DNA of 64,000 bases, taken from Cycas panzhihuaensis (taxonomy: Eukaryota; Plantae; Cycadophyta). A program made the position numbers and the translations under genes. Below are positions 38,850 through 50,883 of this stretch, one piece after another. The stretch is taken from assembly GCA_023213395.1 (NCBI GenBank), contig CM041465.1:75523741-75587740 (forward strand). Direction: 5' to 3'. Under the pieces are notes generated by a model, which did no database searches, was not told the DNA's origin, and worked only from the letters and a program-made list of their open reading frames with translations. Positions within the stretch are counted from its first letter, which is position 1. Every line of letters begins with the position of its first letter.

Positions 38850-41800
38850 TGTTATAGTCAAAATCAACACCTGTGTGCCCAAAGGTAGGAACGTATGGTC
38901 AATTGTGGTTTAATATGGCTAATAAATGCAGGAGAATCGTTCAGTAAGTGTTTGGGATGAAATGCGGACGTGAAAACAATGAGCAGAGAAGACATAACAC
39001 TATGCATTATGTCACAAGAATGCACTACAGGCACAGAACGCATGCAGCACAATCAAGGAACGCACAGGGAATTATTGCAAAACAAACAAGGCAGGAAGGA
39101 CCTACATGGATCAAACCATATGTATGCATGTGTGGATCGATTAAGAATCATATTGGTTTAATTCAGGATTAGTTATGAAGAGGCATGCATTACGTAAAAA
39201 GGACAATCATGACTCCTGGTCGCAACCATTCCTTAACAGGGACACATGGCCTATTTAAACCTGTCCAATCAACCAAATTGGTGTGAGAGTTGAGTTATTC
39301 ATTCCTATGTCATGTTCTCAAGGTGTGAGAGCTAAGTTCAATGATCTATTGGGCCTGATCTGGTATGAGTAACCAGCCAAGTAGATGTGCAGATGATGTT
39401 ATATGATAGAAAGTTATGTAAACATTGATTATTGCTTAATGGAATTACGAAGTTATGAGGAACTTATGTGTGTATGTATGTAATGATGAATGCAAGATAT
39501 TATATTGTGTTTGTGATCATATTGCGGACCTATGAGACATGATATAGTACATTAATGTGTACGTTGACCATAAGCACACCTTAGACTACAGTGTAAACCT
39601 TGACAAGTAAATATCTCAATAGGACAGATATTGAGTCAACAACAGTAGGTGGAAGTGGTTCCAGATAATGCATCCAGCACAACAATAGCCACCGCAGAAA
39701 CATCTTCAACTTTTGATGAAGTCAATTTATATCACACAATGGAGGAGAATGTGAATATGAACAATCTTTAAGAATGCGAGCCAAACTTCTATGGAGAGTT
39801 ACCATCAGAGACACCATCAGATGAAGGAGGTACGATAAACATGATCAACTATTGGATGAATAATTCATACAAAGTGCAACCCCCCCTCATATCATTATAA
39901 TTTGTTATCCATATGTTCTTTAATTAATAATAAATTAGATTATATGGGTCCCATTTGGAATAATGAATCTTTAAGTAATGAATTTCTAGTAAAAATAGAA
40001 TTTGAGATAGATAGAAAAATACATGTAAAAATCCTACCTTCGAATTCCCTTCCCTATCCCAACTCCCACCCCTACCCCATTCCCAACCCTATATCCCCTA
40101 AGGTTGATCTGGGAGATATGGCCAATCTTCCCTCTGACCTTGATGAAAATTCCATTCTTACCCCTGCCTTGGGACAAACAACCAAGATAGAAATCCATCC
40201 CCATACCTCAACCCCCCCTGAAATCAATTCCCCAAATTCGCTCTTAGTCAACCCCCCAAGCAAAAGTGAGATAAAGGGAAATCTTAAGGAGTTGAATACA
40301 ATACTACCCCAAGAGAACCTAGAAGAATCTCATCCTCTAAACTTTATACTAGAAGAAAAAACAGACTTGCAAAGAAATATGGCCATATTTCTAGGGGATA
40401 AGTTGGAAGGCACTAACCATCTGATTCGTTTCATGGAACATTGGTTACAATTTAAGGTTTTCAACAAAACTCAATAGGTTTTGAACTTCGTGCTTACCTT
40501 ACATGACCAAGCATGGTGGTGGTACATAGCCCACCACCATATCCTTCGAACATGGAATGAATTACAGTCTGCATTTCGATTGAGATTCGATCCACCCCAA
40601 GGCATATTAATTTCAAGATTTCTGGTAGGAGAATGTCCCAACTGATACCTTATCAGATGTAAATGAGTATGGAAACATTAAAGTATTCCCAAATCTCACT
40701 AAGATCATTTGTTTATTCACACACTACGCACATTAGCGAAAAAATGGTTCCTAAAACAGAAATAAATTAGGGCAGTATCTTGGGACCAATTAGAGCATTC
40801 ATTTGTAAATTCATTCTCTTACTCTTCAAATAATGAAGTGATACATAAAGTATTACGAAACATAAGGGACATTAGTATGAAAGTAGAAAAGAATCTTATG
40901 TCAATTGGAAACACTATGGATACAAAGAACAATGAAAACGAGGAGGAGGAGGAGAAGGAAGTTCCCAACTCTCCTCCAAAATACACAGAGTTGCATTATG
41001 AACAACGAAACATAGAAGAGACCCCTGCCCATAAGTTAAGAGAACGTCTGTGGCAATTAATCCAACTCGATGAAGACAGATAGAAAGCAGAGTGGTTACA
41101 GGAGATCGAAAAACAAGACAAAAAATATGACACGACCACCATTTGAGAGCACCACAGTTCAGAGAAGGAGATCAAATTTTATTAAACAACAACAAATTCC
41201 GCACCTATCCAGGGAAGCCGAAACTACGATGGTTAGGCCTGTATCAATTTGAACATATCTATGATAATGGATCCGCGATTCTGAGAAATAATGGATATAT
41301 GCTGCCCACCCTAGTCAATGGCAGCAAACTCAAGCTCTATCACCATTAGAGCATTGTTCCAGTAGGAATCAAGTGGATGTATATCATGGATTGATTGCAG
41401 TTGTAGACAACAAAAGTTGTCTTAGTACTAAATCCAGGATTCTAGACCGGTGCATAGATAGTAAAAAAAAATAAAAGAAAAAAAAAATTAATGGGAAAAA
41501 TCAACCATAACTCACAAAATCATACACTTAAGTAGAATCATGGACAAAACAAAATACAATTCAGGCATTCATTCCATGTAGTTACACTATACGTTCTAAA
41601 TCCAGAACAATAATGGAATGTACTAGTTAAAAAGGACTTAATAGACCAAGACACATTCTAAATTTGGAACAGTAATAGAACGTATCAGTTACAAAGAACC
41701 TCACAGACCAAGAATACATTCCAAATCTGGAATGGAATGGAACACATTAGTTAAAAAAGGGATCCAATAGACCAAATTCAATTATACATTTTATGCGAAC

Positions 41801-44072
41801 AGAATGTACCTAAAAAGGAAAGATTAAAACAACCAGAATCCATATCATCCTATGACCATTCTAACAAAGGAACGCATATGAGCATACAATGATCACGGCC
41901 CAAATTAGTACAATACCAGCAATCAACAAGTGCCATGGGAGGAAAATTAGCAAGGATGCATTCCATCCTCCATCTGAGGCAGCAAACGCACTATTATACT
42001 ATACATCTCAAGTAACGAACGAACTAGGGTTGTAATTTCTCTTACATTTATTTTCAATATTAAAACTTTCAATTACCTACGTTCCCTCCCCTTCAGCCAT
42101 AGGATGAAGATTGCAGGGATTCAAGAAACCTACTTATTGACACTCCAGGCAAAATTTGAAGAATTACCAGCCTCTTTCTAAGAGAAAATTAGACAAGCAA
42201 GATGGGGGGATTTCATCTTGATGCCTTCATTATAATGGGATTTCAAGCTTATGGAACAATTTATAATAGCTCTAAAAGCACATATAGGGAAGCTCGAAGT
42301 GAGTTCAGAAGTTATTCATTATGTTGCAGGGTTATTCAAAGAATGAGAGGTTCCAACAGCCACAAAAAGGTTTGAGGTAGATTAGAAAATTTGGACTCTA
42401 GATTTATGCAATTCCAATACCCAAACTTACTCCGAAGAGATCAGAATTGCAGATATCGAAGGCAGAAGGTTACAAAGGGCAGCAAAAATCATTGTGACAA
42501 CGTTTCTTTCAAAACAAAAACATACTTATATTCCATGCGGTATGATGCCCATATTATCATCATTACATGATGAGGTTCCAATGAATTGATGTGAATTCCT
42601 GGCAAATAGCATAGAGTAGTAGTTTGGAAAATTACAAACTCACCCCTTTTGACACCCATCATTCTTATTGGCCCTCTTGTTTTAGCAGTACCCAAATGCT
42701 AAACACCCATCCTTGCTTATCCGACCAGGGGAACCTACAATTAAAAAATGGATAAACACCATGCCTACTACTACTCAAGATCAAGTAGTAAAAAGACAAG
42801 TGAAGGCAGAAATGGGCAAAATTCTACAATGGATTCAGCATAAGCCAGGAGTTCCTTTTCCTATATGGCCAAAACAAGTCACTAAAAAGGGTACCAAGTG
42901 AAGTAGAGAATAGCTTGAGGAAGAAACTGTGTCAAAAGAATGGAAAATGGAGCCCCCGTATACATCGATGACTGAACTTGGAGAAGGTTCTTCTCAACAA
43001 CTCTTAAGGGAAAAAGGGAAACAAATTATTCGACTTCTAAAAGAACTGTAGCAAGGCCACAAAGCAGAGATTGCAAATTGGTAGGAGAAACTAAGGAAAA
43101 AGGACACCATTATAGCCACATTAACTCAGATTAATGAGGAACTACTATGAGCCAATGAGCCAACAGGGGAACCGAAATTGCAGGAGCAACTCTAAATTCA
43201 GAGAGGGAGCAAAAGAATACAAAATTTTGAATTTTTGAATTTGAGCAAGGATGCTCAACCATTTTTATTGACCCGAGATAAATGTTATGGTCAAGATCAA
43301 CACCTGTGCGCCCAAAGGTAGGAACGTATGGTCAATTGTGGTTTAATATGACTAATAAATGCAGGAGAACTGTTTAGCAAGCATTCGAGATGAAAAACGA
43401 ACATGAAAACAATGAATAGAGCAGACAAAACATTGTGTTCCATCACAGGAATGCATTACAGGCACAAAACGCATGCAGCACAATCAAGAAATGCTCAAGG
43501 AACTGTTGCGGAACAGACAAGGCAGGAAGGAGCCACATGGATCAAATCGTATGGACGCACGTGTGGATCAACTAAGCATCATAATGGTTTAACTCAAGAA
43601 TAGTTATGAAGAGGCATGCATTACGAAAAAGGGATGGTTGTGACTCCTAGTCACAATCGTTCCTCAACAAGGATGCACAATCTATTTAAACCTGTCCAAT
43701 CAACCAGATTGGTATGAGAGCCAAGTTATTCATTCCTATGTCATGTTCTCAAGGTGTGAGAGCTAAGTCCAATAATATATTAGGCCTAGTTTGGTACAAG
43801 TAACCAGCCAAGTAGATATACGGATGATGTTATATGATAGAAAGTTATGTAAACATTGATTATTGCTTAATGGAATTACAAAGTTACAAGGAACTTGCGT
43901 GCGTGTGGATGTAATGATGAATGCATGATATTCTATTGTGTTTGTGATAATATTGTGGACTTATGAGGCATGATATAGTACATTAATGTGTATGTTGACC
44001 ATAAGCACACCCTGGACTACAGTGGAAACCTTGACAAGAGAATATCTCAATAAGACAGATATTGAGTCAACA
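38850..44072 (+). mobile_element. Non-autonomous gypsy-like LTR element E
   Basis: LTRs 38850-39641 and 43283-44072 (TGTTA...TCAACA, roughly 10-15% diverged by eye); TSD GGTGT/AGTGT; gag-like motifs at 40380-40820; integrase C-terminal tail GKPKLRWLG..VNGSKLKLY at 41143-41349; no PR, RT, RH or IN core. Confidence 0.9.
41570..41775 (+). repeat. Degenerate ~63-bp tandem repeat (3 units) inside element E
   Basis: ACA/GTTCTAAAT..GAAC..TAATGGAA..TAGTTA.AAAG.AC..A.AGACCAA recurs. Confidence 0.7.
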
Positions 44073-44399
44073 AGTGTGGCGATCTGCCAATCAAAAATAC
44101 ATGCATGTCCATATAAGCAAAATGTTACCATGTGACCTCTCTTTTAAGCATTTAGAGCTAGTATAGACTTGAAAGAGTAAAATTCCTTATACAAGTTTTG
44201 TAAACTGCATCTATTTTATAGATATAAGCATGTGCTCTAAAATTTTAAAAATAAATTCTAACAAAAAAAGTTTAATAATCTTGAACTATATTTTGACAAA
44301 TTAATTTGAAATTAATTCATGCATGTTCTTCTAATGTTACAACCCCGTCAACCTAAAAAAAAGCAATGATAATAGAATTGGGTGACTATAGTTGTATAT

Positions 44400-45330
44400 G
44401 GTTTATCAATAAGCACATCAACAACTATTCAAACACAACGGTACTAATTGAAAGCACCCTAGCTCTTGTATCTTTCCAAAAAGTGGTTTCAAGGCACCTT
44501 TCCAATCTTGGAAGAGAAGAGAACATGACCATTTATTAAGCTTTCAACAAATGAAATGGCATGTCTACTACCTCTTTAGCATACCTACATTCCTTCTTTA
44601 TCTTGAGACACTACTCAGAGAACACTATGAATACTAAAAACAAAATGGTGTTGCCCTTTGCTCATCCACCTCCAATGTCTTCACCATATATAACTCGCAG
44701 TTTTCTTGTTTACACTCTTTGGATTATACCAATTTTAGCATAATCTCTCCATATCCATTTTATTAAATTGGTCAAAACATGAGATTGGTGAGAATATGAC
44801 AATATATAATCTTTAGCTTCTCCTATTGTTTGTTCAACAATTTAGCTCTCCTCTTAAAGCAAGATTTCAGATTGAGACTAAAGGCCATGGAATTCATCGA
44901 CGACACATCCCTTTCTAACCTAAGTCAAGAGGGAAGGACATTGTTTAGACCACCACATTTCTCAAAGGCTTCATTTGTCAGCTTGAAAGCATCTCATGAA
45001 AGCCTTGCAAACAGAAATTGAAGCAAGTCTTGAGAGTCCAAAACGAGGGACCTCCATCCAACCAATGAACAGCTTTAGCAAAGTAGTATGAAATCCACCC
45101 ATGCATACAAAAGGTAGTGAAGAAAGGAGGGAGAGGAAATCCAAAAAAAAATTCGGTAGGATTAAAACATAAGGGTGTCGTTCCTCAAATTTCTCCACTG
45201 CAGAATTAAGGAAGAAATGATCATCTAAGAAGACACACATTCTAGATATAACACCCATGTCATCAATTGCCAAATATTCAACCCTTTTGAAAAAAATTAG
45301 AGTTGTGTATTCTACACGTCTAATACAAGA
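44400..45330 (-). mobile_element. Possible highly decayed LINE ORF2 fragment
   Basis: Weak EN-RT linker-like motifs on the minus strand (PRFGLS.., ..LTNEAFEK.., GNT.F). Confidence 0.3.
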
Positions 45331-45360
45331 GGAGATCATCCTGTGCTAAACAGATTGAGA

Positions 45361-45637
45361 AAGACAGAAGAGGTGCCAAAGCATGGATGACAACCATACA
45401 TAACAACACTATGCATGGTGTGCCATTGGGTAAACCCAAGAGAAACAATTTGCGAAAGACAGGAGTGTCAAAGCATGGATGACAGCCATACATAACAACA
45501 TTATACATGGTGTGCCATTGGGTAGACCCAAGAGAAACAATTTGTAAAAGACAGAAGGGTGCCAAAGCATGAATGGCAACCATACATAACAACATTATAC
45601 ATGGTGTGTCATTGGGTAAACCCAAGAGAAACAATTT
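45361..45637 (+). repeat. ~92-bp minisatellite, 3 units
   Basis: AAGACAG..GTG.CAAAGCATG.ATG.CA.CCATACATAACAACA.TAT.CATGGTGTG.CATTGGGTA.ACCCAAGAGAAACAATTT x3. Confidence 0.92.
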
Positions 45638-45775
45638 CCTTTCACCACCCTACTAACAGCAACAATTACGATGAAAGCATCATGAACATTTGTCTTTGTG
45701 AGCTTGAGCAAGACAGCAAAGTATATAAAGACTTGAAATGTAGCCTTCTAGATATTTCACAGAAACTCATAAGAA

Positions 45776-45777
<2 letters not shown>

Positions 45778-45834
<57 letters not shown>

Positions 45835-45847
45835 ATGAGAGAGAGAA
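45778..45847. repeat. Compound (TG)n(AG)n microsatellite
   Basis: Seen directly. Confidence 0.97.
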
Positions 45848-46545
45848 TAAAAACCTTAATAAGATTAAGAACATCCAACAAGAACAATAAGCATACCAGA
45901 AGAATGTAATAGAGAAGACTCAGGAGTAAAGAAGCTACATGTCCTAGAAATACAAATATGTTTATATACTGCCAAACCAAGGGTATGTGCAAGCTCTTAC
46001 AAAGATTCCAAGAACAATGATAAACAAAAGAATATTCCTTTTCTTAAATGGCATACAAAAAGTGAGTTCTGTCCCACATTTAATGCCCCGTCAATCACTA
46101 CCGTTCAAGCCTTTTATTTACTCGGTTTTTATGGGAACCTTTCAACCGTTTCTTTTGACAAAAGCCATTTCCAACTGCCCTGCACCTATCTGAATTGGCC
46201 ATGTAAGATTGATAAGGAATGGTTGGTGAACCTCAAGTAAAGAATAACTTCAGTCACTTGCAAAAATTTGAGAAGTGGGGCAAAAAATAAGGTAACTTAG
46301 AAACACAGCAATATGAAATTTCTAAAATCTGTCCAAGAAATCTACCCATAAAATATGCTCAACAAATGCTTGGGCTTATAAAATGCATACAGGAAATCTG
46401 CATAAAATCTGTTGACTAAAAACTCTAAGCATGAGCTATTGTCAAATAAATCAGGGTTTAGTAAAAACACAAAAAAAAAGACTTTGGCAAAAAATGTACC
46501 GTCAACATGCAAGAAATGGTGGCCTAGAAATAGCATCAAACTTTA

Positions 46546-46812
46546 TCAAATTTGAGACAGGCCTAGATAAACTATGGCATTGAATGGCAAGCCTTAGCAA
46601 ACCAGTTTTCTCCCAATCTTTTCAAAACCATGTTGCACAAGTTTCACAAAACACCAAAGTGAACAAAGAAACATGCATCAAACTTGAAGATAGACTTAGA
46701 TAAACTATGGCATCGAATGGCAAGCTTTAGTAAACCAGTTTTCATTCAATCTCTTCAAAACCATGTTGCAGAAGTTATACAAAACACCAAAGTAAATAAA
46801 GAAACATGCACC
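46546..46812 (+). repeat. Tandem duplication, 2 x ~132 bp, downstream of the bZIP gene
   Basis: TAGATAAACTATGGCAT.GAATGGCAAGC...AAAGAAACATGCA.CA occurs twice. Confidence 0.9.
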
Positions 46813-47442
46813 ATAGCATTACAATAGATGAATTTTGTTTTAAGGATCAAAGAGGCAAACACCTACCAAAGAAAGGCAGGGGAATAGTCAAAGAACATCA
46901 TGGGCAAAGGACTAAAGGAATCCAAAATGTGAAGAGATCTCGCATAAAAAATACATATATTCGATACCCATCCCTATTCAGCACTAACAATCACATTTCT
47001 CGTTCTTAAATCATTGGGGATTCAAGTGCTAAACATTAAGTTTCTTGCCTTCTAATTTGAATTTATCCGCAATCCGTACATGGAATAAGAACGCTCCTAT
47101 GGAATATCAAAATCCCAATGAAGATCGTAAATCAGAGAAAGTTTTAATCACTGTCCCACTATGTGCATAAAAGAAAGCCATCAATCTCTTAGGTGCATCA
47201 TAACTGTACTTCAGAAACAAATCCTGGCAGAAGTAAGGTAAGTCGTTTATTATTTACCTTGAACATCGATGAATGTGATTTGTAAGGTGTTCCAAATAAA
47301 AGAAAACCGCACTGCTACCATCTGCCTTAAGATAGCATAAACAAATATAAGAATACCCAAGAATAAAAAGTCTGACTCAGAACACTCCAAGTGACAAACA
47401 GACCTCACTTGAAACCTCAGATTTTCCTCGCCTGCAGATCAA

Positions 47443-48401
47443 TCAGCCCTCCGGTCCACCAGCAGCAGCAGCAGTCTTCTTCCCTGAATAAGAGGGGTTT
47501 CAAAACAAACGTTGTAATTGCCAAAATTTTCTCACCTGTCCAACAAGTAAAGAACACAGAGGCTTAATTAAGGTTCTGTTAACACAGCAAGTGTACCTTT
47601 GGTCTGATTTACGGTTGTAGCCATAACGGCAGAGAACTCGTTTGCGAGGACAGTGCCAGACCCAGACCCAGCAGCAGCCGCATCGGCTTTCAAAGCTTGG
47701 CAATGGCCCGCCATTAGGTTACACCGCGCACTGCTTTCGCGGGGTTCATGCTGCATACCCCACCTCAGTTTCGGAATTGAAATTAGGGTGAAGGCAAGGC
47801 ACATCCGCATCACAATGTACATTGCACGAATTCAAGACGTATCCCCCGGGCAACGGTTGCAGAAAGCCATCTCCTGTTTTATCCGTTCCGACGGACTTTT
47901 TGTATGGATAGACACCCAATTCTCCATCGATCCGGCACCGGAAATCGGCAAGCAAACACTTCAATCTCGCGATCTCGGCTTCAAAGGCCGCCTGACCCTG
48001 CAACCGCCTCATCAACTGCTGGTTGAGAGCGGTCAAATGCAACACCTCCTCCTCCAAGCAAGCAGTGCGAGCCTTCTTCTTTTCCCTGTATTTCTGACAG
48101 CCTCTGTTTCCCGCCGGCTGCTTCTTCGGCTTCGAAGAGCTATTTTGCGGTGACTCGGCGGTGTCCGCAAATTTCTCTTCATCAGGAGCCGCTACAATCT
48201 TTGTATGGGTGTGGAAACAGGTATGAGTGTGCACATTATCGGGGCCGGGAGGGTTGCAGGTGTGGGTGTGAGTACAGGCATGAGTGTCCTTGAGGATCTC
48301 CTCAAAAAAGCTCTCCATGGAAGAGCTACTGGGAAGATTATCCGCCATATTTGTATCTGAAAATACCTCATGATTCGAGAAATCAATTCCCCGTCATCCA
48401 T
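47443..48401 (-). CDS. bZIP19/bZIP23: F-group bZIP transcription factor, zinc-deficiency sensor (bZIP19/bZIP23-like); predicted exons 48401-47597 and 47483-47443; four apparent small deletions
   Basis: MDDGE..FSNHEVF N-terminus; zinc-sensor motif CTHTHTCNPPGPDNVHTHTCFHTHTK (48285-48199); basic region and zipper KYREKKKART..LEEEV..L..LNQQL..RLQGQ..EAEIARLKCLL.D.R.RIDGELG.YPY; GT-AG intron 47596-47484 (predicted); CpG-rich context. Confidence 0.92.
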
Positions 48402-48519
48402 TCCGAGTCCAACCTCTTTTAAGTAGAGTGCTGCAATAGCGAGCTACAAGCTGGGGCGTAAGCACGCAGTTTTCTGACCATTTAACCCCAAATCTTCCGA
48501 TCCCAACCATACACGCGTC

Positions 48520-48528
48520 AAACCCTAA
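48520..48528 (+). promoter_or_regulatory. Telo-box (AAACCCTAA) next to a CGCG-box (ACGCGT, 48513-48518) in the bZIP 5' region
   Basis: Motif match about 120 bp upstream of the ATG; function untested. Confidence 0.4.
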
Positions 48529-49193
48529 TATGTCTTATCAAAATGTTCATCATAACGATCCCAAATCGGAGGAAAAATCCAGACTTGACCGTGCGGTTCG
48601 AGTATCGAAACAAATTCTATTTTCGCCGACGGTCCAGCAGCTCCAGGTAGCTGCTATGCTCTGTTCGCATAACAAACAAAACTCCACATCCTTTTTTCTT
48701 TTTTTAAAATTTGTCCAAGCTACCAAACACTAGATATGATGTCGTCCATTCCTCTGATGGGAGCCTTGGTGAACTACCCAAAGTGTCACGACTCTGATAC
48801 CTGCAGATTTTAATTATTCTGCTTTCGACAACTTGGATTGACGACGATTATGACAAGGGGTAAAATATAACCTGCTAATAATAAGCGGAAGTAGCCATTC
48901 TTTTGGAAAACACAATTAAGCAATAGCCAACATAGATGGTTTCAGTAGTTATTTTTAAGAACCCTATGTTGACATCCGGATGCCAACTAGCAGCCCGCTA
49001 TTATGGTCCCTTTTTTGGGTCAATTTTGTCATGTTCGTTCTTGATACTTGGGGCAGAGGACATAACGACGACACCTGTTGGTCTCACTACGATCTCATGT
49101 GATTACCATAAAATTTAAAGCTCCTACGGTTTTACTAGGGCTAGTCATAAGGCACACACCCCATAGAGGCACTTGGGTTGTGCGCATGTGTGT

Positions 49194-49608
49194 TGTGGGA
49201 CCCAAAACTTGTGGGTTTCTATTCCCACATGGAAATAAGGACCTCTATATCTTGATGAATTTACACTTTAATTGAAGTCTTTTATGAGTATTTGCTTATT
49301 AATTATTAACAATTATTGTCAAAATTTAGAAGTCCATTTTACCGCTTATAAAGTCATTCAACTTGCATAAAGAATGCAAGCCCTTGTATTATAAATGGAT
49401 GTGCTTTGGTAACAGAGAGAATCTTACTCTCTCACCTTAAAACACTCAAGCCCTCCCCAATTCTCCTCCATAATGTAAGTTTGCTTTTTATGGTCATGCA
49501 CTAGCTTTGACTCTCTTTTTCACTAGCATAACTCTTTATTTATCCATCGCAAAACATTCTCTCCTCTAAGAATGTCCTTTGTGTACCCCATAGGATTTAA
49601 TCATCACA
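49194..49608 (+). mobile_element. Possible solo LTR upstream of the bZIP gene
   Basis: TGTG...CACA termini; flanks TGTGT/TGTTT; TATAAAT at ~49390 followed by a CT-rich stretch. Confidence 0.4.
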
Positions 49609-50383
49609 TGTTTTCTCCTAGATTACGAAACAAAACGGTGAAAACAATCTACTCAAAATATATTAATAAATAAGAAGTGATAAAGACTACCATATATTAA
49701 GATTAACTCAATAATAGATTAATACTAAATAATAACTCTTATGGATGCTCCTCAAAGCCCACTATAATTAACTAAAATAATTCTAGTTCTTTTTTTAAAA
49801 GGCAACCTCTTAAACAACACAATTCTTCTAGAAGAAGAAGGCAAAAGAAGGTAGAAATTTGATATATATATATAAATGAAAGATTTTGGGCAATTATAGT
49901 CATATATCTTTTAAGATGACCCTTAACTCTTCATTGCACTAGCTTTCTATTCATCTCCATGACCTTTCATGTAGCTTTTTGCCTTAACTCCCTCACTTCA
50001 CTAAGTGCCTCTTTATATATTGTAATCTTTTATATGGTCTTATGTGGATGATGTAAGGAGAATTGAAGTTGGATATGGAGTTATACAAAGGCTTCCTAAT
50101 AAGTCTCCTCTCTTCGTGATGATTCAACCTTACAACATCTAAATATGTAGATATTATTATTAAAACATATTGACTTTTCCATTGCCATTTTCTCTCTTGA
50201 TATAGTTCTTCGCTTCATCATCAGTACTTTGAAGATTTATTTTTATTTATGAGGTTTTATGTATTAATGTTTATGATTGCTTCTGGCCCAAAACCTTCTT
50301 TCCCTTTATCATCTAATTCATATAGGTTTGACTATATATGGACCCCACTCTAATTTCCTTCTTTAGAAAGATATATAAAACAT

Positions 50384-50883
50384 NNNNNNNNNNNNNNNNN
50401 NNNNNNNNNNNNNNNNNNNNNNNNNNNNNNNNNNNNNNNNNNNNNNNNNNNNNNNNNNNNNNNNNNNNNNNNNNNNNNNNNNNNNNNNNNNNNNNNNNNN
50501 NNNNNNNNNNNNNNNNNNNNNNNNNNNNNNNNNNNNNNNNNNNNNNNNNNNNNNNNNNNNNNNNNNNNNNNNNNNNNNNNNNNNNNNNNNNNNNNNNNNN
50601 NNNNNNNNNNNNNNNNNNNNNNNNNNNNNNNNNNNNNNNNNNNNNNNNNNNNNNNNNNNNNNNNNNNNNNNNNNNNNNNNNNNNNNNNNNNNNNNNNNNN
50701 NNNNNNNNNNNNNNNNNNNNNNNNNNNNNNNNNNNNNNNNNNNNNNNNNNNNNNNNNNNNNNNNNNNNNNNNNNNNNNNNNNNNNNNNNNNNNNNNNNNN
50801 NNNNNNNNNNNNNNNNNNNNNNNNNNNNNNNNNNNNNNNNNNNNNNNNNNNNNNNNNNNNNNNNNNNNNNNNNNNNNNNNNNN
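50384..50883. other. Assembly gap (500 N)
   Basis: Run of N with a round-number length. Confidence 1.

Noticed and set aside
38864-39172. Conserved small ORFs recurring at 38948, 43403 and 52242
   Set aside because: They lie within copies of the same LTR, so recurrence reflects the repeat and not coding selection.
45361-45637. CRISPR-like array
   Set aside because: The units repeat in full with no unique spacers, no cas genes are present, and the context is eukaryotic.
45666-45992. His/Thr-repeat ORF (HTHTHT) resembling the bZIP zinc motif
   Set aside because: It is the translation of the (TG)n microsatellite.
47653-48153. 166-aa plus-strand ORF
   Set aside because: Antisense shadow of the GC-rich bZIP coding sequence; no recognisable motifs.
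48790-48800. PBS-like ACTCTGATACC upstream of the bZIP gene
   Set aside because: It lacks the terminal base, and no LTR terminus with associated element sequence is evident next to it.
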